DNA of 64,000 nt, from the NCBI GenBank assembly GCA_034521495.1, contig JAXHMK010000021.1:115455-179454 (forward strand), written 5' to 3'. Origin of the DNA: Balneolaceae bacterium. Its GTDB lineage: Bacteria; Bacteroidota; Rhodothermia; Balneolales; Balneolaceae. The position numbers and the translations under genes are program-made. The stretch's first letter is position 1; every line of letters begins with the position of its first letter. Below are positions 50,387 through 60,270 of the stretch, piece after piece. A model generated the notes under the pieces. That model was not told the origin of the DNA. It did not search any database and worked only from the letters and a program-made list of their open reading frames with translations.

Positions 50387-50410
50387 AGTTTAAACGATAA
50401 CACCCCTTTT

Positions 50411-51655
50411 ATGACCGGACGTAGAGTAGTAATCACTGGAATTGGTGCATTCACACCTGTTGGTAAAACCGCTCCTGATTTTTGGAACGGATTAATATCT
50501 GGCAAGAGCGGAGTGCGTACAATTGAACATTTCGATACAAGTGATTTGCCCACAAAATTTGCTGGCCAAATAGATAATTACGATTCGAATGATTACTTCG
50601 ATCGCAAGGAAGCCCGCAGGTTAGATCCGGTTACCCAATATGCAATGATCTCTTCGGATGAAGCGATTAATGACAGCGGCATCGATCTTGAAAAAGTAAA
50701 CAAAGATCGGGTCGCTGTAATTATCGGTACGGGAATTGGGGGGATGCAAACCTTTTACGAGCAGTCGATAGAACTTCATGAATCGGGTGCCCGCAGGGTC
50801 AATCCTTTCTTTATTCCTATGTTAATACCGGATATGCCCGCCGGCCAGGTATCTATAAAATATGGATTTAGAGGCCCAAACTTCTGTGCCGTATCAGCGT
50901 GTGCAACAGGTTCTCATAACATAGGTCTCGCATACGACTCTATTCGGTACGGACAATCTGATATGGCTCTCTGCGGGGGCACTGAATCTCCTGTCTGGAG
51001 AATTGGTGTTGCCGGGTTTTCATCTATGAGAGCTCTCTCACGACGAAATGAAGAACCCGAAAAAGCTTCCCGGCCTTTCGATAAAGAACGAGACGGTTTT
51101 GTTCTGAGTGAAGGATCAGCCATGTTTTTCCTGGAATCCCTGGAATCTGCGCTCGATCGCGGTGCTCGAATTTACGGTGAAATTGTGGGGTATGGTTTTT
51201 CTGCGGATGCACACCATATTACCGCTCCCGATCCGGATGGAAACGGAGTGCTGCTTGCATTAAATAATGCACTGGATATGGCCGATATCAAACCGGAAGA
51301 TGTGGATCACATCAATATGCATGGAACATCCACACCACTTGGTGATATTGCCGAAACCAACTCTATCAAAAAAGTTTTTGGGGATCACGCCTACAATATC
51401 AATCTGAATTCAACTAAATCGATGACGGGCCATATGCTTGGAGCTGCCGGTGCTGCAGAATCAATTGCAACACTACTGGCAATCTATCATAGCATGGTTC
51501 CTCCCACCATCAATCAGGAAAATCCGGATCCGGAATGTGATCTGAATTACACACCAAATAATGCGGTTGAACGCGATATCAATTATGCATTGAACAATGC
51601 ATTTGGTTTCGGGGGACATAACACTACACTTGTTTTCAAGAAATTTGAAAAATAA
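50411..51655 (+). CDS. fabF: 3-oxoacyl-ACP synthase II
   Basis: SACATG, HGTST, KSMTGHMLGAAG, FGFGGHN. Confidence 0.96.
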   Translation: MTGRRVVITGIGAFTPVGKTAPDFWNGLISGKSGVRTIEHFDTSDLPTKFAGQIDNYDSNDYFDRKEARRLDPVTQYAMISSDEAINDSGIDLEKVNKDRVAVIIGTGIGGMQTFYEQSIELHESGARRVNPFFIPMLIPDMPAGQVSIKYGFRGPNFCAVSACATGSHNIGLAYDSIRYGQSDMALCGGTESPVWRIGVAGFSSMRALSRRNEEPEKASRPFDKERDGFVLSEGSAMFFLESLESALDRGARIYGEIVGYGFSADAHHITAPDPDGNGVLLALNNALDMADIKPEDVDHINMHGTSTPLGDIAETNSIKKVFGDHAYNINLNSTKSMTGHMLGAAGAAESIATLLAIYHSMVPPTINQENPDPECDLNYTPNNAVERDINYALNNAFGFGGHNTTLVFKKFEK

Positions 51656-51658
51656 TTG

Positions 51659-52417
51659 ATGTTATACCGACTCAAAAAATGGTTGTGGAAAGATAAAGGT
51701 CCGATACAATCTGAGTCGAAGGAACGTTTAGAAAAACTTGAAAACACGTTAGATCTTACCATTCCTGATGAATATCAACAGCTTTTTCAGAAAGCGTTAC
51801 GTCATAAATCTATTGTAGATAACGATAAATTCGAGTCTTATGAAACGTATGAGAGACTCGAGTTTTTGGGAGATGCCGTTCTCGATCTGATAGTTACCGA
51901 AATTTTATTCGAAAAATATCCCAAAGAAAACGAGGGTTTTTTGACCAAATTGAGGGCAAAAATCGTTCGCGGTGATACTCTGTTTGAGATCTCAAAAAAA
52001 CTGGGCCTCAGCGAGTTTCTTGAAATTGGAGAAAGAGCCACAGGACAGGGGATAGAACTGTCAAAAAGTGTTCTTTCTGATGTGTATGAAGCCCTTGTCG
52101 CAGCAATCTATATTTCCAGTGGATACGACAGCGCTCATAAATTTGTCTCCTCGCATATAGATCAGTTTATCAATTTCGATAAGATTGTAAAGGTCATAGA
52201 TAACTATAAGAGCGTGTTGATGGAATATTCGCAATCCGAAAAGTTAAAACTTCCAAAATACCAGGTAATTTCGGAAGATGGGCCGGGGCATGATAAAACA
52301 TTTCATGTGGCAGTTTTCATTGAGAATGAAAAATTGGGAGAGGGAACGGGTAAAAGTAAAAAGAAAGCAGAACAGGCGGCTGCCAGAGATGCATTAGAAG
52401 TTTTGGGACAAAATTAA
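51659..52417 (+). CDS. rnc: Ribonuclease III
   Basis: YERLEFLGDAVL, DVYEALVAAI, dsRBD GPGHDKTF...SKKKAEQ. Confidence 0.96.
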   Translation: MLYRLKKWLWKDKGPIQSESKERLEKLENTLDLTIPDEYQQLFQKALRHKSIVDNDKFESYETYERLEFLGDAVLDLIVTEILFEKYPKENEGFLTKLRAKIVRGDTLFEISKKLGLSEFLEIGERATGQGIELSKSVLSDVYEALVAAIYISSGYDSAHKFVSSHIDQFINFDKIVKVIDNYKSVLMEYSQSEKLKLPKYQVISEDGPGHDKTFHVAVFIENEKLGEGTGKSKKKAEQAAARDALEVLGQN

Positions 52418-52515
52418 TTTCCCATTTAACAACGAATGCCTTTTATTTTTTTGATAACTTCAGCAAGCGTTATCATAAGAGTTACTATTATTGAATCCAT
52501 CCGAATTTATTCTCC

Positions 52516-53898
52516 ATGATCGCACATTTACTAAAACCGGAACTGGATGAACTCATCCAAAAAAAAGAGTGGGTTACCATCAAAGAGGTACTTGATGATG
52601 TGCCCGCTGTGGATGTTGCCGAGCTTTTAGATGACCTGAACCCCGAAGTGGCCGTGGTGATATTCCGCTTATTGAAAAAAAGTAAAGCGGCGGATGTTTT
52701 TACATATCTCAGTTCTACAAAAGGCGTAGAGTTACTGGAAACATTTAGCCGTCAACAGCTCAGCGATGTAATGAACAACCTGGAGCCGGATGAGCGCGTT
52801 GCTCTGATGGAAGAGCTGCCCGGGGATCTGACACAGCGTGTGCTCAACTCCATGCAGCCGGAAAATATCGCCCAGGTTCGAAGGCTTTTGGGTTACCCTC
52901 CGGAGAGTGTAGGTCGGTTGATGACCACGAATTATGTTCGCATTAAAAAAGACTGGACCATCAACCGAAGTTTTGAACATATCCGTAAACATGGAAGAGA
53001 TGCCGAAACTGTAAATGTTATTTATGTGGTTGATGAGGATGAAACACTGATTGACGATCTTCGCCTGAACCAGCTTATTCTCGCCGAACCGGATGGGAAA
53101 ATTACAGATATTATGGACTACACATTTGAAGCACTCAGCGCTTTCGATGACCAGGAGGAAGCCGTTCGTATGTTAAGTAAGTATGACAGAGTTGCACTTC
53201 CGGTGGTAGATTCAGGCGGGGTCCTTGCCGGTATTGTTACTGTAGATGATGTTTTAGATGTAGCAGAGCAAGAAACGACCGAGGATATGCAGTTGATGGC
53301 CGGTATGAGCGCCCTCGAAAAAAGCTATTCTGAAACGAATATATTTGGAATGGTTCAGAAGCGTATCGGTTGGCTTATCTTGTTATTTCTCGGACAGATG
53401 TTTACGGTAACGGCAATGGCAGGTTACGAGGATACACTGGCAGCTGCTGCAGTATTAGCTCTGTTTATTCCCATGATTATTTCGAGCGGTGGTAACTCCG
53501 GATCACAGGCTGCAACACTGATTATTCGTTCTTTATCAACGGATGATCTGAAGTTGGGAGATTGGCTGGGAGTTTTGAAAAGAGAACTCTTATCCGGCTT
53601 GTTACTGGGTAGTATTTTGGGCGTAATGGGCACGGTTGTTATCTCTTTTTGGATGGTAGTACGCGGTGATCCATTTTCGTTTGCAGTGTTTATGCAGGCT
53701 CTTACGGTTGGAACAAGCCTTGTTGGAGTTGTTCTTTTTGGAAATTTGAGCGGTTCTATGCTACCGTTTATTATGTCGAAACTGGGATTAGACCCGGCTG
53801 TAACATCAGCTCCGTTTGTGGCAACACTTGTCGATGTCACGGGAATAATTATCTACTTTACAGTGGCCGTTATGCTGCTTCGCGGAGTTGTCCTGTGA
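52516..53898 (+). CDS. mgtE: Magnesium transporter
   Basis: CBS pair, GGNSGSQ, DPAVTSAPFVATLVD. Confidence 0.95.
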   Translation: MIAHLLKPELDELIQKKEWVTIKEVLDDVPAVDVAELLDDLNPEVAVVIFRLLKKSKAADVFTYLSSTKGVELLETFSRQQLSDVMNNLEPDERVALMEELPGDLTQRVLNSMQPENIAQVRRLLGYPPESVGRLMTTNYVRIKKDWTINRSFEHIRKHGRDAETVNVIYVVDEDETLIDDLRLNQLILAEPDGKITDIMDYTFEALSAFDDQEEAVRMLSKYDRVALPVVDSGGVLAGIVTVDDVLDVAEQETTEDMQLMAGMSALEKSYSETNIFGMVQKRIGWLILLFLGQMFTVTAMAGYEDTLAAAAVLALFIPMIISSGGNSGSQAATLIIRSLSTDDLKLGDWLGVLKRELLSGLLLGSILGVMGTVVISFWMVVRGDPFSFAVFMQALTVGTSLVGVVLFGNLSGSMLPFIMSKLGLDPAVTSAPFVATLVDVTGIIIYFTVAVMLLRGVVL

Positions 53899-54062
53899 TG
53901 TATGATGAAGTTGAATTTCATGTATCCATCGCTGTAATAAGTTCATAGTTTCATGTTGAAGGATTTAAAATCCAAAAACTGTTGATGCCTAATGATCGCA
54001 TCAGATTGCTGAAATAACAATCCTTTAAACTTTAGACGTCATAACCTTAAATCACATAAAGT

Positions 54063-54911
54063 ATGAAACAATATCTCGACCTCGTTCAAAATGTTTTGGA
54101 TCACGGAGTTTGGAAAGAGAACCGTACCGGTGTTAAAACTCTTGCCAATTTTGCCGAGTTTTACAAAGTAGATCTGTCTAAAGGTTACCCGCTTCTGACC
54201 ACGAAAAAAGTTTATTTTCGATCAGTGATTCTCGAAATGTTGTGGTATTTGAGAGGTGAAGATCATATTAAATGGTTGAGAGATGAAAAGGACTGCCATA
54301 TTTGGGATGCCTGGGCCGATGAGGACGGATATGTCGGTCCGATCTATCCGGTGCTCTGGCGTCGTTTCCCAATGGCGAAATCAAAAGATGGGGATGTTTA
54401 CAAGCCATTGGGAGATAAACAGGAAAAAGACTGGCAGTATGAAGAATTTGATCAGGTTCAAAACGCAATTCACATGCTTAAAACAAATCCCAACAGCCGG
54501 CGAATTGTTGTGTCTGCATGGCATCCGGGTTTGCTTGGAGAGATGGGATTACCGCCCTGCCACCTGATGTACATTTTCAACGTAGCAGATGGAAAACTGA
54601 ATTGTCATCTCACACAACGCTCCGGTGATATCGCCCTCGGAATTCCGTTTAATCTGGCCTGTTATTCGGCGCTGACAATGGCGGTGGCTCAGGAAGTAGG
54701 ATTGCAACCCGGAACATTTGCTCACACCATTGTGGATGCACATATCTACGAAAATCACATAGATGGTTTAAAAGAACAACTTACCCGCAAGCCCAAAGAA
54801 CTGCCTACGCTGGAAATTGCCAATAAACCGGTGGATGAACTCACTTTTGAAGATTTCACGCTAAAAAATTACGATCCTGATCCGGGCATTAAATTTCCGG
54901 TTGCGGTATGA
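54063..54911 (+). CDS. thyA: Thymidylate synthase
   Basis: PLLTTK, LPPCH, QRSGD, PFN, DAHIY. Confidence 0.97.
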   Translation: MKQYLDLVQNVLDHGVWKENRTGVKTLANFAEFYKVDLSKGYPLLTTKKVYFRSVILEMLWYLRGEDHIKWLRDEKDCHIWDAWADEDGYVGPIYPVLWRRFPMAKSKDGDVYKPLGDKQEKDWQYEEFDQVQNAIHMLKTNPNSRRIVVSAWHPGLLGEMGLPPCHLMYIFNVADGKLNCHLTQRSGDIALGIPFNLACYSALTMAVAQEVGLQPGTFAHTIVDAHIYENHIDGLKEQLTRKPKELPTLEIANKPVDELTFEDFTLKNYDPDPGIKFPVAV

Positions 54912-55381
54912 AGTTGTCGATTATTGTAGCTCACGATCCTAATCTTGTCATCGGGAAAGATGGAGAACTGCCGTGGCACTTTAGCGAAGACCTGAAATTT
55001 TTTAAAAAAACCACGATCGGTTCTCCCATTTTGATGGGACGCGGAGTTTTTGAGGAACTCAACGAAAAACCATTGCCCGGAAGAGAAAATGTGGTTTTAA
55101 GCCGGTCGAAATCTTACGATCATGTGCCAACATTCAGCTCGATTGAAGCGGCACTGGACTATTTATCCGATCAGGAACAGGTGTTCATCATTGGCGGTGG
55201 AGAGATCTACAAGCAAACCATTGATAAGGTTGATGAGCTCATCACCACCCAAGTCAAAGAAAAATACGAGGGAGATACATATTTCCCGGAATATCGCGAT
55301 GAAATTGGTAAAGTTTGGGAAGAAATTTGGAGAGAAGATCATGAGAAGTTTTCTTTTGTGAAGTTTGAGCGAATTGGTTGA
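54908..55381 (+). CDS. folA: Dihydrofolate reductase
   Basis: IGKDGELPWH..EDL..FK, LPGREN, IIGGG. Confidence 0.96.
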   Translation: MKLSIIVAHDPNLVIGKDGELPWHFSEDLKFFKKTTIGSPILMGRGVFEELNEKPLPGRENVVLSRSKSYDHVPTFSSIEAALDYLSDQEQVFIIGGGEIYKQTIDKVDELITTQVKEKYEGDTYFPEYRDEIGKVWEEIWREDHEKFSFVKFERIG

Positions 55382-55384
55382 CAT

Positions 55385-55518
55385 GTACAACGGGCAGCTT
55401 GCCCGTTACCTCAAAATGTATTAGTAATAAGAAGTGGTTTGGGATAATTGCTAATTTAATCCCTTATTGATAAATATTTTATGATTATGAGATGCCGGAC
55501 AAGCTGTCCGGCGTACAT
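55385..55518. repeat. Inverted REP doublet between the convergent folA and HD genes
   Basis: TGTACAACGGGCAGCTTGCCCGTT and GCCGGACAAGCTGTCCGGCGTACA. Confidence 0.6.
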
Positions 55519-55525
55519 TCATATC

Positions 55526-56773
55526 TCAAAATTCCTTCAAATGCACTAAATACGGTTTCACAACCGGTTCGGTCAGCGCAATAATGTGCTTGGTATCAGC
55601 CGCTTTGGAAAACTCTACCGCCTTATTGTTATCCTCTAAAATCCATATACTCTCGTTTTCGTAACGGTAGGCTTCGCTGTAATTTTCATTGGCATCATAA
55701 TAATAGGAAGCTGCCTCATCATCATGTGGAAACCCCTGTTTTTTGAGATATTTTTTTGTTTTGACCTGAATCTCATCTTTTAACTCATCTCTCTCTTTGC
55801 GATCGGCAAATGTTGTTCTGAAGAGCTTCCGGCTCAAAAAGCGGTGGGACAGATCCGCTAAAATCACGTCTTCACTGGCAGCCCATCGCTTAATGCAGAT
55901 ATAAACATCATGGTCGTCTAAAGCCATGTAGTGCTCCAGCATTTTTTGTGTGATTCTTTTTTTGGATGATGGGTTCTTCGACAGGAAATAATTCAAAGGA
56001 ATAGATGGAATTTCAACTTTCTCACCTGCATCAAGGAGAAAACGAACCCGCTTAAAGATTTTTCTTAACAAAGCGTCAGCGCTGACAACAGTTTTGTGGA
56101 GATACACCTGCATGTACATCAACCTGCGGGAGAGAATGTAGTTTTCAACCGCATAGATACCTTTCTTTTCGATGACTACGTTACCCTTAAAAACCCGCAT
56201 TGTTTTTAAAATCCGGTTGATTCCAACGGATCCTTCCGAGACGCCTGTAAAAAAGCTGTCACGTTTTAGATAATCCAGCCGGTCCATATCAAGCTGAGAA
56301 GAGATCAATTGATGGAGAAATTTTTTAGGATACTGATCTTTGAAAATCTTAATTGCTGTACTGAGTTCACCCTCAAACTCCTTGTTCAGTGTCTCCATAA
56401 TTTTGAGACTCATCATCTCGTGATTAAAATCATCGATGAGGGTATGTTCCAGCGTGTGGGAGAGAGGGCCGTGTCCCACATCATGAAGAAGAATGGCAAT
56501 CAATGTGCCTGAAACTTCTGCATCACTAATAGTTGTGTCTTTTTCGCGTAGATTTTTGAGCACGCGCTGTCCCAATTCCAATGCACCAATCGCATGAGAA
56601 AACCGGGAATGTTCAGCTGCCGGAAAGACGAGATAACCTAAGCCTAACTGACGAATCCGTCGCAAACGCTGAACATAGTGATGATCAATGAGCCGTAAAA
56701 TTGTGCCCTTCGGAATGGTGATAAACCCATGAACCGGATCGCTAAAAATTTTGTACTGGCTGCTCTTATCCAT
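55526..56773 (-). CDS. HD-domain phosphohydrolase (dNTPase-like)
   Basis: DPVHG, QRLRRIRQLG, HSRFSH, LLHDVGHGP.SH, DMDRLDY. Confidence 0.9.
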   Translation of the reverse strand: MDKSSQYKIFSDPVHGFITIPKGTILRLIDHHYVQRLRRIRQLGLGYLVFPAAEHSRFSHAIGALELGQRVLKNLREKDTTISDAEVSGTLIAILLHDVGHGPLSHTLEHTLIDDFNHEMMSLKIMETLNKEFEGELSTAIKIFKDQYPKKFLHQLISSQLDMDRLDYLKRDSFFTGVSEGSVGINRILKTMRVFKGNVVIEKKGIYAVENYILSRRLMYMQVYLHKTVVSADALLRKIFKRVRFLLDAGEKVEIPSIPLNYFLSKNPSSKKRITQKMLEHYMALDDHDVYICIKRWAASEDVILADLSHRFLSRKLFRTTFADRKERDELKDEIQVKTKKYLKKQGFPHDDEAASYYYDANENYSEAYRYENESIWILEDNNKAVEFSKAADTKHIIALTEPVVKPYLVHLKEF

Positions 56774-57212
56774 TATCGGGAATTTTGTAGAGGTACTTAT
56801 CCCGGTCTTTGATCTCGGGTAGTTTTGCAGGTTTGTTTAATTCAAGATCAAACCAAACACCAGTGGTTTTTGCAACAGCTTTCAGTTCGGAGTCAACTTT
56901 TGAGTAGATTGCCTGGAATCCCTTGATACTCGTATTTCCATACTCCTCGACAGACGTTCCGATTAAAATAGTTTCATTCAGTGAAATTGGCCTTATGTAG
57001 TCCAGTTCCAGGTGAACCAGCATAAAACTTTTACCTTCACTCATAGAAGCCTGGAATTCTGGCACTTCATTGATAAAGTTAATTCGAGCCTCTTCAAAAT
57101 AGGTATTGAAAACGGCATTATTTACATGATTCAATGCATCGAGATCACGAAAACGAACGGGAAGTTCAGTCCAGTGAGCAAATGAGTCGGGCTTATATTC
57201 AGGTGTATGCAT
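56766..57212 (-). CDS. Acyl-CoA thioesterase (4HBT/YbgC-like)
   Basis: RFRDLDALNHVNNAVFNTYFEEAR. Confidence 0.9.
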   Translation of the reverse strand: MHTPEYKPDSFAHWTELPVRFRDLDALNHVNNAVFNTYFEEARINFINEVPEFQASMSEGKSFMLVHLELDYIRPISLNETILIGTSVEEYGNTSIKGFQAIYSKVDSELKAVAKTTGVWFDLELNKPAKLPEIKDRDKYLYKIPDNG

Positions 57213-57257
57213 AGATTGTTGAATTGAATAATTTAAATGATTTCATGCTTTATCTTA

Positions 57258-57656
57258 TCACCATAATACTTTAAGACCATGTTTTTGATACTCCTTTATC
57301 TTTCGGTCTTTTGTAATAAGAATATGATTCTGATGAATGGCCTGCCAGATAATTAATCTGTCGAATGGATCTTTGTGCTTAGAGCGCGGCAGTTTATGAA
57401 ATGTAGAAGCTGTAATTTCTGATACTTTTGATGTCTGAATTCCAGCTTCTTTTGCATAATAAGGGAGTTCATCAGGAGTAATTCCTGTCAACTCTAATTT
57501 TCCCAACCCATATTTTAGGGATATTTCCCAATAACTTACAATACTTACAAAAAGAATATTTTTCGGGTTTTTGAAAGCAATAATTGATTTTTTTGAAAGC
57601 CTCTCTTCATCAAAAAGTACCCAAAGCAGAGTGTGAGTATCTAAAAGATAGTTCAT
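57258..57656 (-). CDS. vapC: PIN-domain VapC toxin
   Basis: YLLDTHTLLW, SYWEISLK, HKDPFDRLIIWQA. Confidence 0.88.
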   Translation of the reverse strand: MNYLLDTHTLLWVLFDEERLSKKSIIAFKNPKNILFVSIVSYWEISLKYGLGKLELTGITPDELPYYAKEAGIQTSKVSEITASTFHKLPRSKHKDPFDRLIIWQAIHQNHILITKDRKIKEYQKHGLKVLW

Positions 57657-57913
57657 GAGTTTAACAGTTCTTCATCCGTTATCTTAAAATTTTTTTTGAT
57701 TTTATATCCCGCCGTTTTCTTTAAAATTCCAAGTTTTCGATCTGTTTTATTTAAAGTGTTCTTATGCTCCTCCTGATACTTTTTATATGGGATGAGTACG
57801 GCAATGTTCTCCCGGGTTTCTTCGTGTTGAATGATAATCTCCTCACCAAGCTCTACTTTCTTTAATAATTCAGTGAGATGTTTTGAAAACTCGGGATATG
57901 TGAGTGCTTCCAT
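57653..57913 (-). CDS. Phd/YefM-like antitoxin
   Basis: FSKHL..LLKKVELGEEIII...AVLIPY...RKLGIL; 4-nt overlap with vapC. Confidence 0.8.
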   Translation of the reverse strand: MEALTYPEFSKHLTELLKKVELGEEIIIQHEETRENIAVLIPYKKYQEEHKNTLNKTDRKLGILKKTAGYKIKKNFKITDEELLNS

Positions 57914-57952
57914 TACTTGTGAAGTTATTTGGAAATGGCTTATTCACTTCTA

Positions 57953-58081
57953 GAGGGCTTTGCAAAACCGTGGTTATTGGTCAATCTGAACTCGATTCAG
58001 ATTCTCCATTCGTCTTTATAGCCAGTATCTGGAGATCCTGAATCAAGTTCAGGATGACGGTCAGAGTTTTGCAAAGCCTTC
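57953..58081. mobile_element. MITE-A copy 3 (129 bp)
   Basis: One mismatch to copy 1; flanked by TTCTA on both sides. Confidence 0.85.
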
Positions 58082-58272
58082 TTCTACAATGAATATATCA
58101 AATTTGGGATTATGTTGACAGTTAAGAACTAAATCGTTGTGTTGTAGCATTTTTTTGACAACACAACAATTTTATCAATAAAGAAATCGGTAAGATTATT
58201 TTTTTGAACGATTTGGTACGCTCAGATGCTTATATTTCGTGAAAATAATTTTCAAATTTAAACAGATAACGA

Positions 58273-59346
58273 ATGTTCGATAGTGAATCACGCGAGTTTC
58301 TTGAAAAGTTAATTGTTACGCCAAGTCCCACCGGTTATGAATCTGAAGGACAAAAAGTCTGGAAGGAGTTTATTTCTCAATATGCCGACAAAGTAGAGTC
58401 CGATGCCTATGGATCGGCGATGGCAAAACTCCAGATTAATGCAGATGTACCAACGATTATGCTGGAAGCCCATGCCGATGAAATTGGAATGGTGGTTCAA
58501 CACATTTCGGATAATGGATTTGTAACTCTGAACAAGCTGGGGGGAAGTGATTCAACGATCGCAAGAGCAAAACGAGTTGTAATTCATTCCAAAAAAGGCC
58601 GGGTGACCGGAGTGGTCGGTAATACAGCAATTCACTTGCAAGACAAAAAAAACGGCGGCGGTAAACAACCGGCGTGGAAAGACATCTACGTAGATATCGG
58701 GGTTTCATCCAAAGAGGAAGCTCTGGAGTTGATCCAGATTGGCGATCCGGTAACATATTCTGATGAACTGGAATATTTAAATGATGATATTGTAACCGGA
58801 CGGGCTTTGGATAACCGAATTGGCGGATTTGTGATTGCTCACGTTTTGAAAGAGCTCAGAAGTCGAAAGAAAAATCTCAAAGTAAATGTAATTGCCCTCA
58901 ACTCCGTGCAGGAAGAAGTTGGCGGGTTTGGCGCAAGAATGATGAGTTTTCGGCATATGCCGGATGCAGCTTTGGTGACAGATGTAACACACGCCACCGA
59001 TACGCCAGGTATTAATAATAAAGAACACGGAACCGTGAAGTTAGGCAAAGGGCCAACGGTTCAGCACGGTGGTGCGAATCATCGGGCGGTTGTTGAATTG
59101 ATTGAGAAGACCGCCGAAAAGAAGGAGATTGATATTCAGCATGAAGCTACCAGCGTGAGAACCGGCACGGATACCGACAGCATTTTCTACCAAAAAACCG
59201 GGATTCCAAGTGCGCTCATATCCCTGCCCTTGCGATATATGCACTCGCCGGTTGAAACAATTTCACTAAGCGATGTGGAGAATCTGATTAATCTTATGGC
59301 AGAAACTATTTTGGCAATGAAAGAGGACCAGGTTTTTAAGGTATAG
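58273..59346 (+). CDS. M42 family metallopeptidase
   Basis: AHADEIG, ALDNRIG, QEEVG, TDTD, RYMHS. Confidence 0.9.
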   Translation: MFDSESREFLEKLIVTPSPTGYESEGQKVWKEFISQYADKVESDAYGSAMAKLQINADVPTIMLEAHADEIGMVVQHISDNGFVTLNKLGGSDSTIARAKRVVIHSKKGRVTGVVGNTAIHLQDKKNGGGKQPAWKDIYVDIGVSSKEEALELIQIGDPVTYSDELEYLNDDIVTGRALDNRIGGFVIAHVLKELRSRKKNLKVNVIALNSVQEEVGGFGARMMSFRHMPDAALVTDVTHATDTPGINNKEHGTVKLGKGPTVQHGGANHRAVVELIEKTAEKKEIDIQHEATSVRTGTDTDSIFYQKTGIPSALISLPLRYMHSPVETISLSDVENLINLMAETILAMKEDQVFKV

Positions 59347-59363
59347 ATTTTGGGATAATCTTT

Positions 59364-59432
59364 GAGTCATCGGATGAGTATAAGTGAGAGCAAACAAATA
59401 ATTTGGCTTTGAACACTCATCCGATGACTGGT
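59364..59432. repeat. REP-like inverted repeat
   Basis: AGTCATCGGATGAGT ... ACTCATCCGATGACT 15-bp perfect inverted repeat. Confidence 0.65.
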
Positions 59433-59451
59433 CAACTTGCCGAACAGATTT

Positions 59452-59931
59452 CTACTCTTTCGCTTCAAAATTATCGATCTTATACGTCACCTCATCATCA
59501 ACCGCTTCTTTGATGTAATCGATATCAATAAGCGTGGGATAGCCTAATTGCTGGTTGTATTCTACTTTCAGTTTATCTGCTTTTTCCCGGGCATCTTTAA
59601 TGATATCAAAAAGTTCACTGATGGTCCGGAATGACTCGGGATACTTAGCAAGTACCAACTCATCGGTCTGTGCATCGCGCAGAGGTTCACCGGTTTCGGG
59701 TTCAAGGATTGCATGAATCGTATCGGCCTTCACCACAATCGTAGCCGGGTTAAATAATCCGGCGCAGTAGCAAAGTTTGGTGTACTCAAACCTATAGCTA
59801 TCTATTTTCTGTTCTTGCCAAAGGTTTCGATTTTCTCCGTATTGATCTCCTTTTCTTCCATCAAGAATCGAATCGCAAGATGAAATTATGAGCGCAGATA
59901 ATAGGACGATAAGATATCTGTATCTAAACAA
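59452..59931 (-). CDS. Hypothetical lipoprotein (DUF6174-like)
   Basis: Lipobox ISSC; W...I.SYRF...CYC, TISELF, YN..LGYPT.IDID pattern. Confidence 0.65.
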   Translation of the reverse strand: MFRYRYLIVLLSALIISSCDSILDGRKGDQYGENRNLWQEQKIDSYRFEYTKLCYCAGLFNPATIVVKADTIHAILEPETGEPLRDAQTDELVLAKYPESFRTISELFDIIKDAREKADKLKVEYNQQLGYPTLIDIDYIKEAVDDEVTYKIDNFEAKE

Positions 59932-60270
59932 GGAACTCCAATATTTAGATTTATTAGTCCAACCAAAGGTATTATTAATACACTTTGATGAAATCTTATA
60001 ACTATTAACTATTGCTTCATTAAAAATATTATGATAAATGAAAGAAAACGGTAAAGCTTATGAAATCAATGCTTGCGATTCACCCGATCATCTGACTGCA
60101 GTAAATTCCCACAAAATCATTGCATACAAAGGTTTGCTTATTTCCAATTTTATTCCTAAAAAAGACTATTAATTAACCCGTTTACCGGTTGAATTCACAA
60201 AGTTATAGTCGTTTATATTGAATGAAGCATGTTTTTTCGATTGATCATCCCCCTTACTCCCCCTTCCGAA

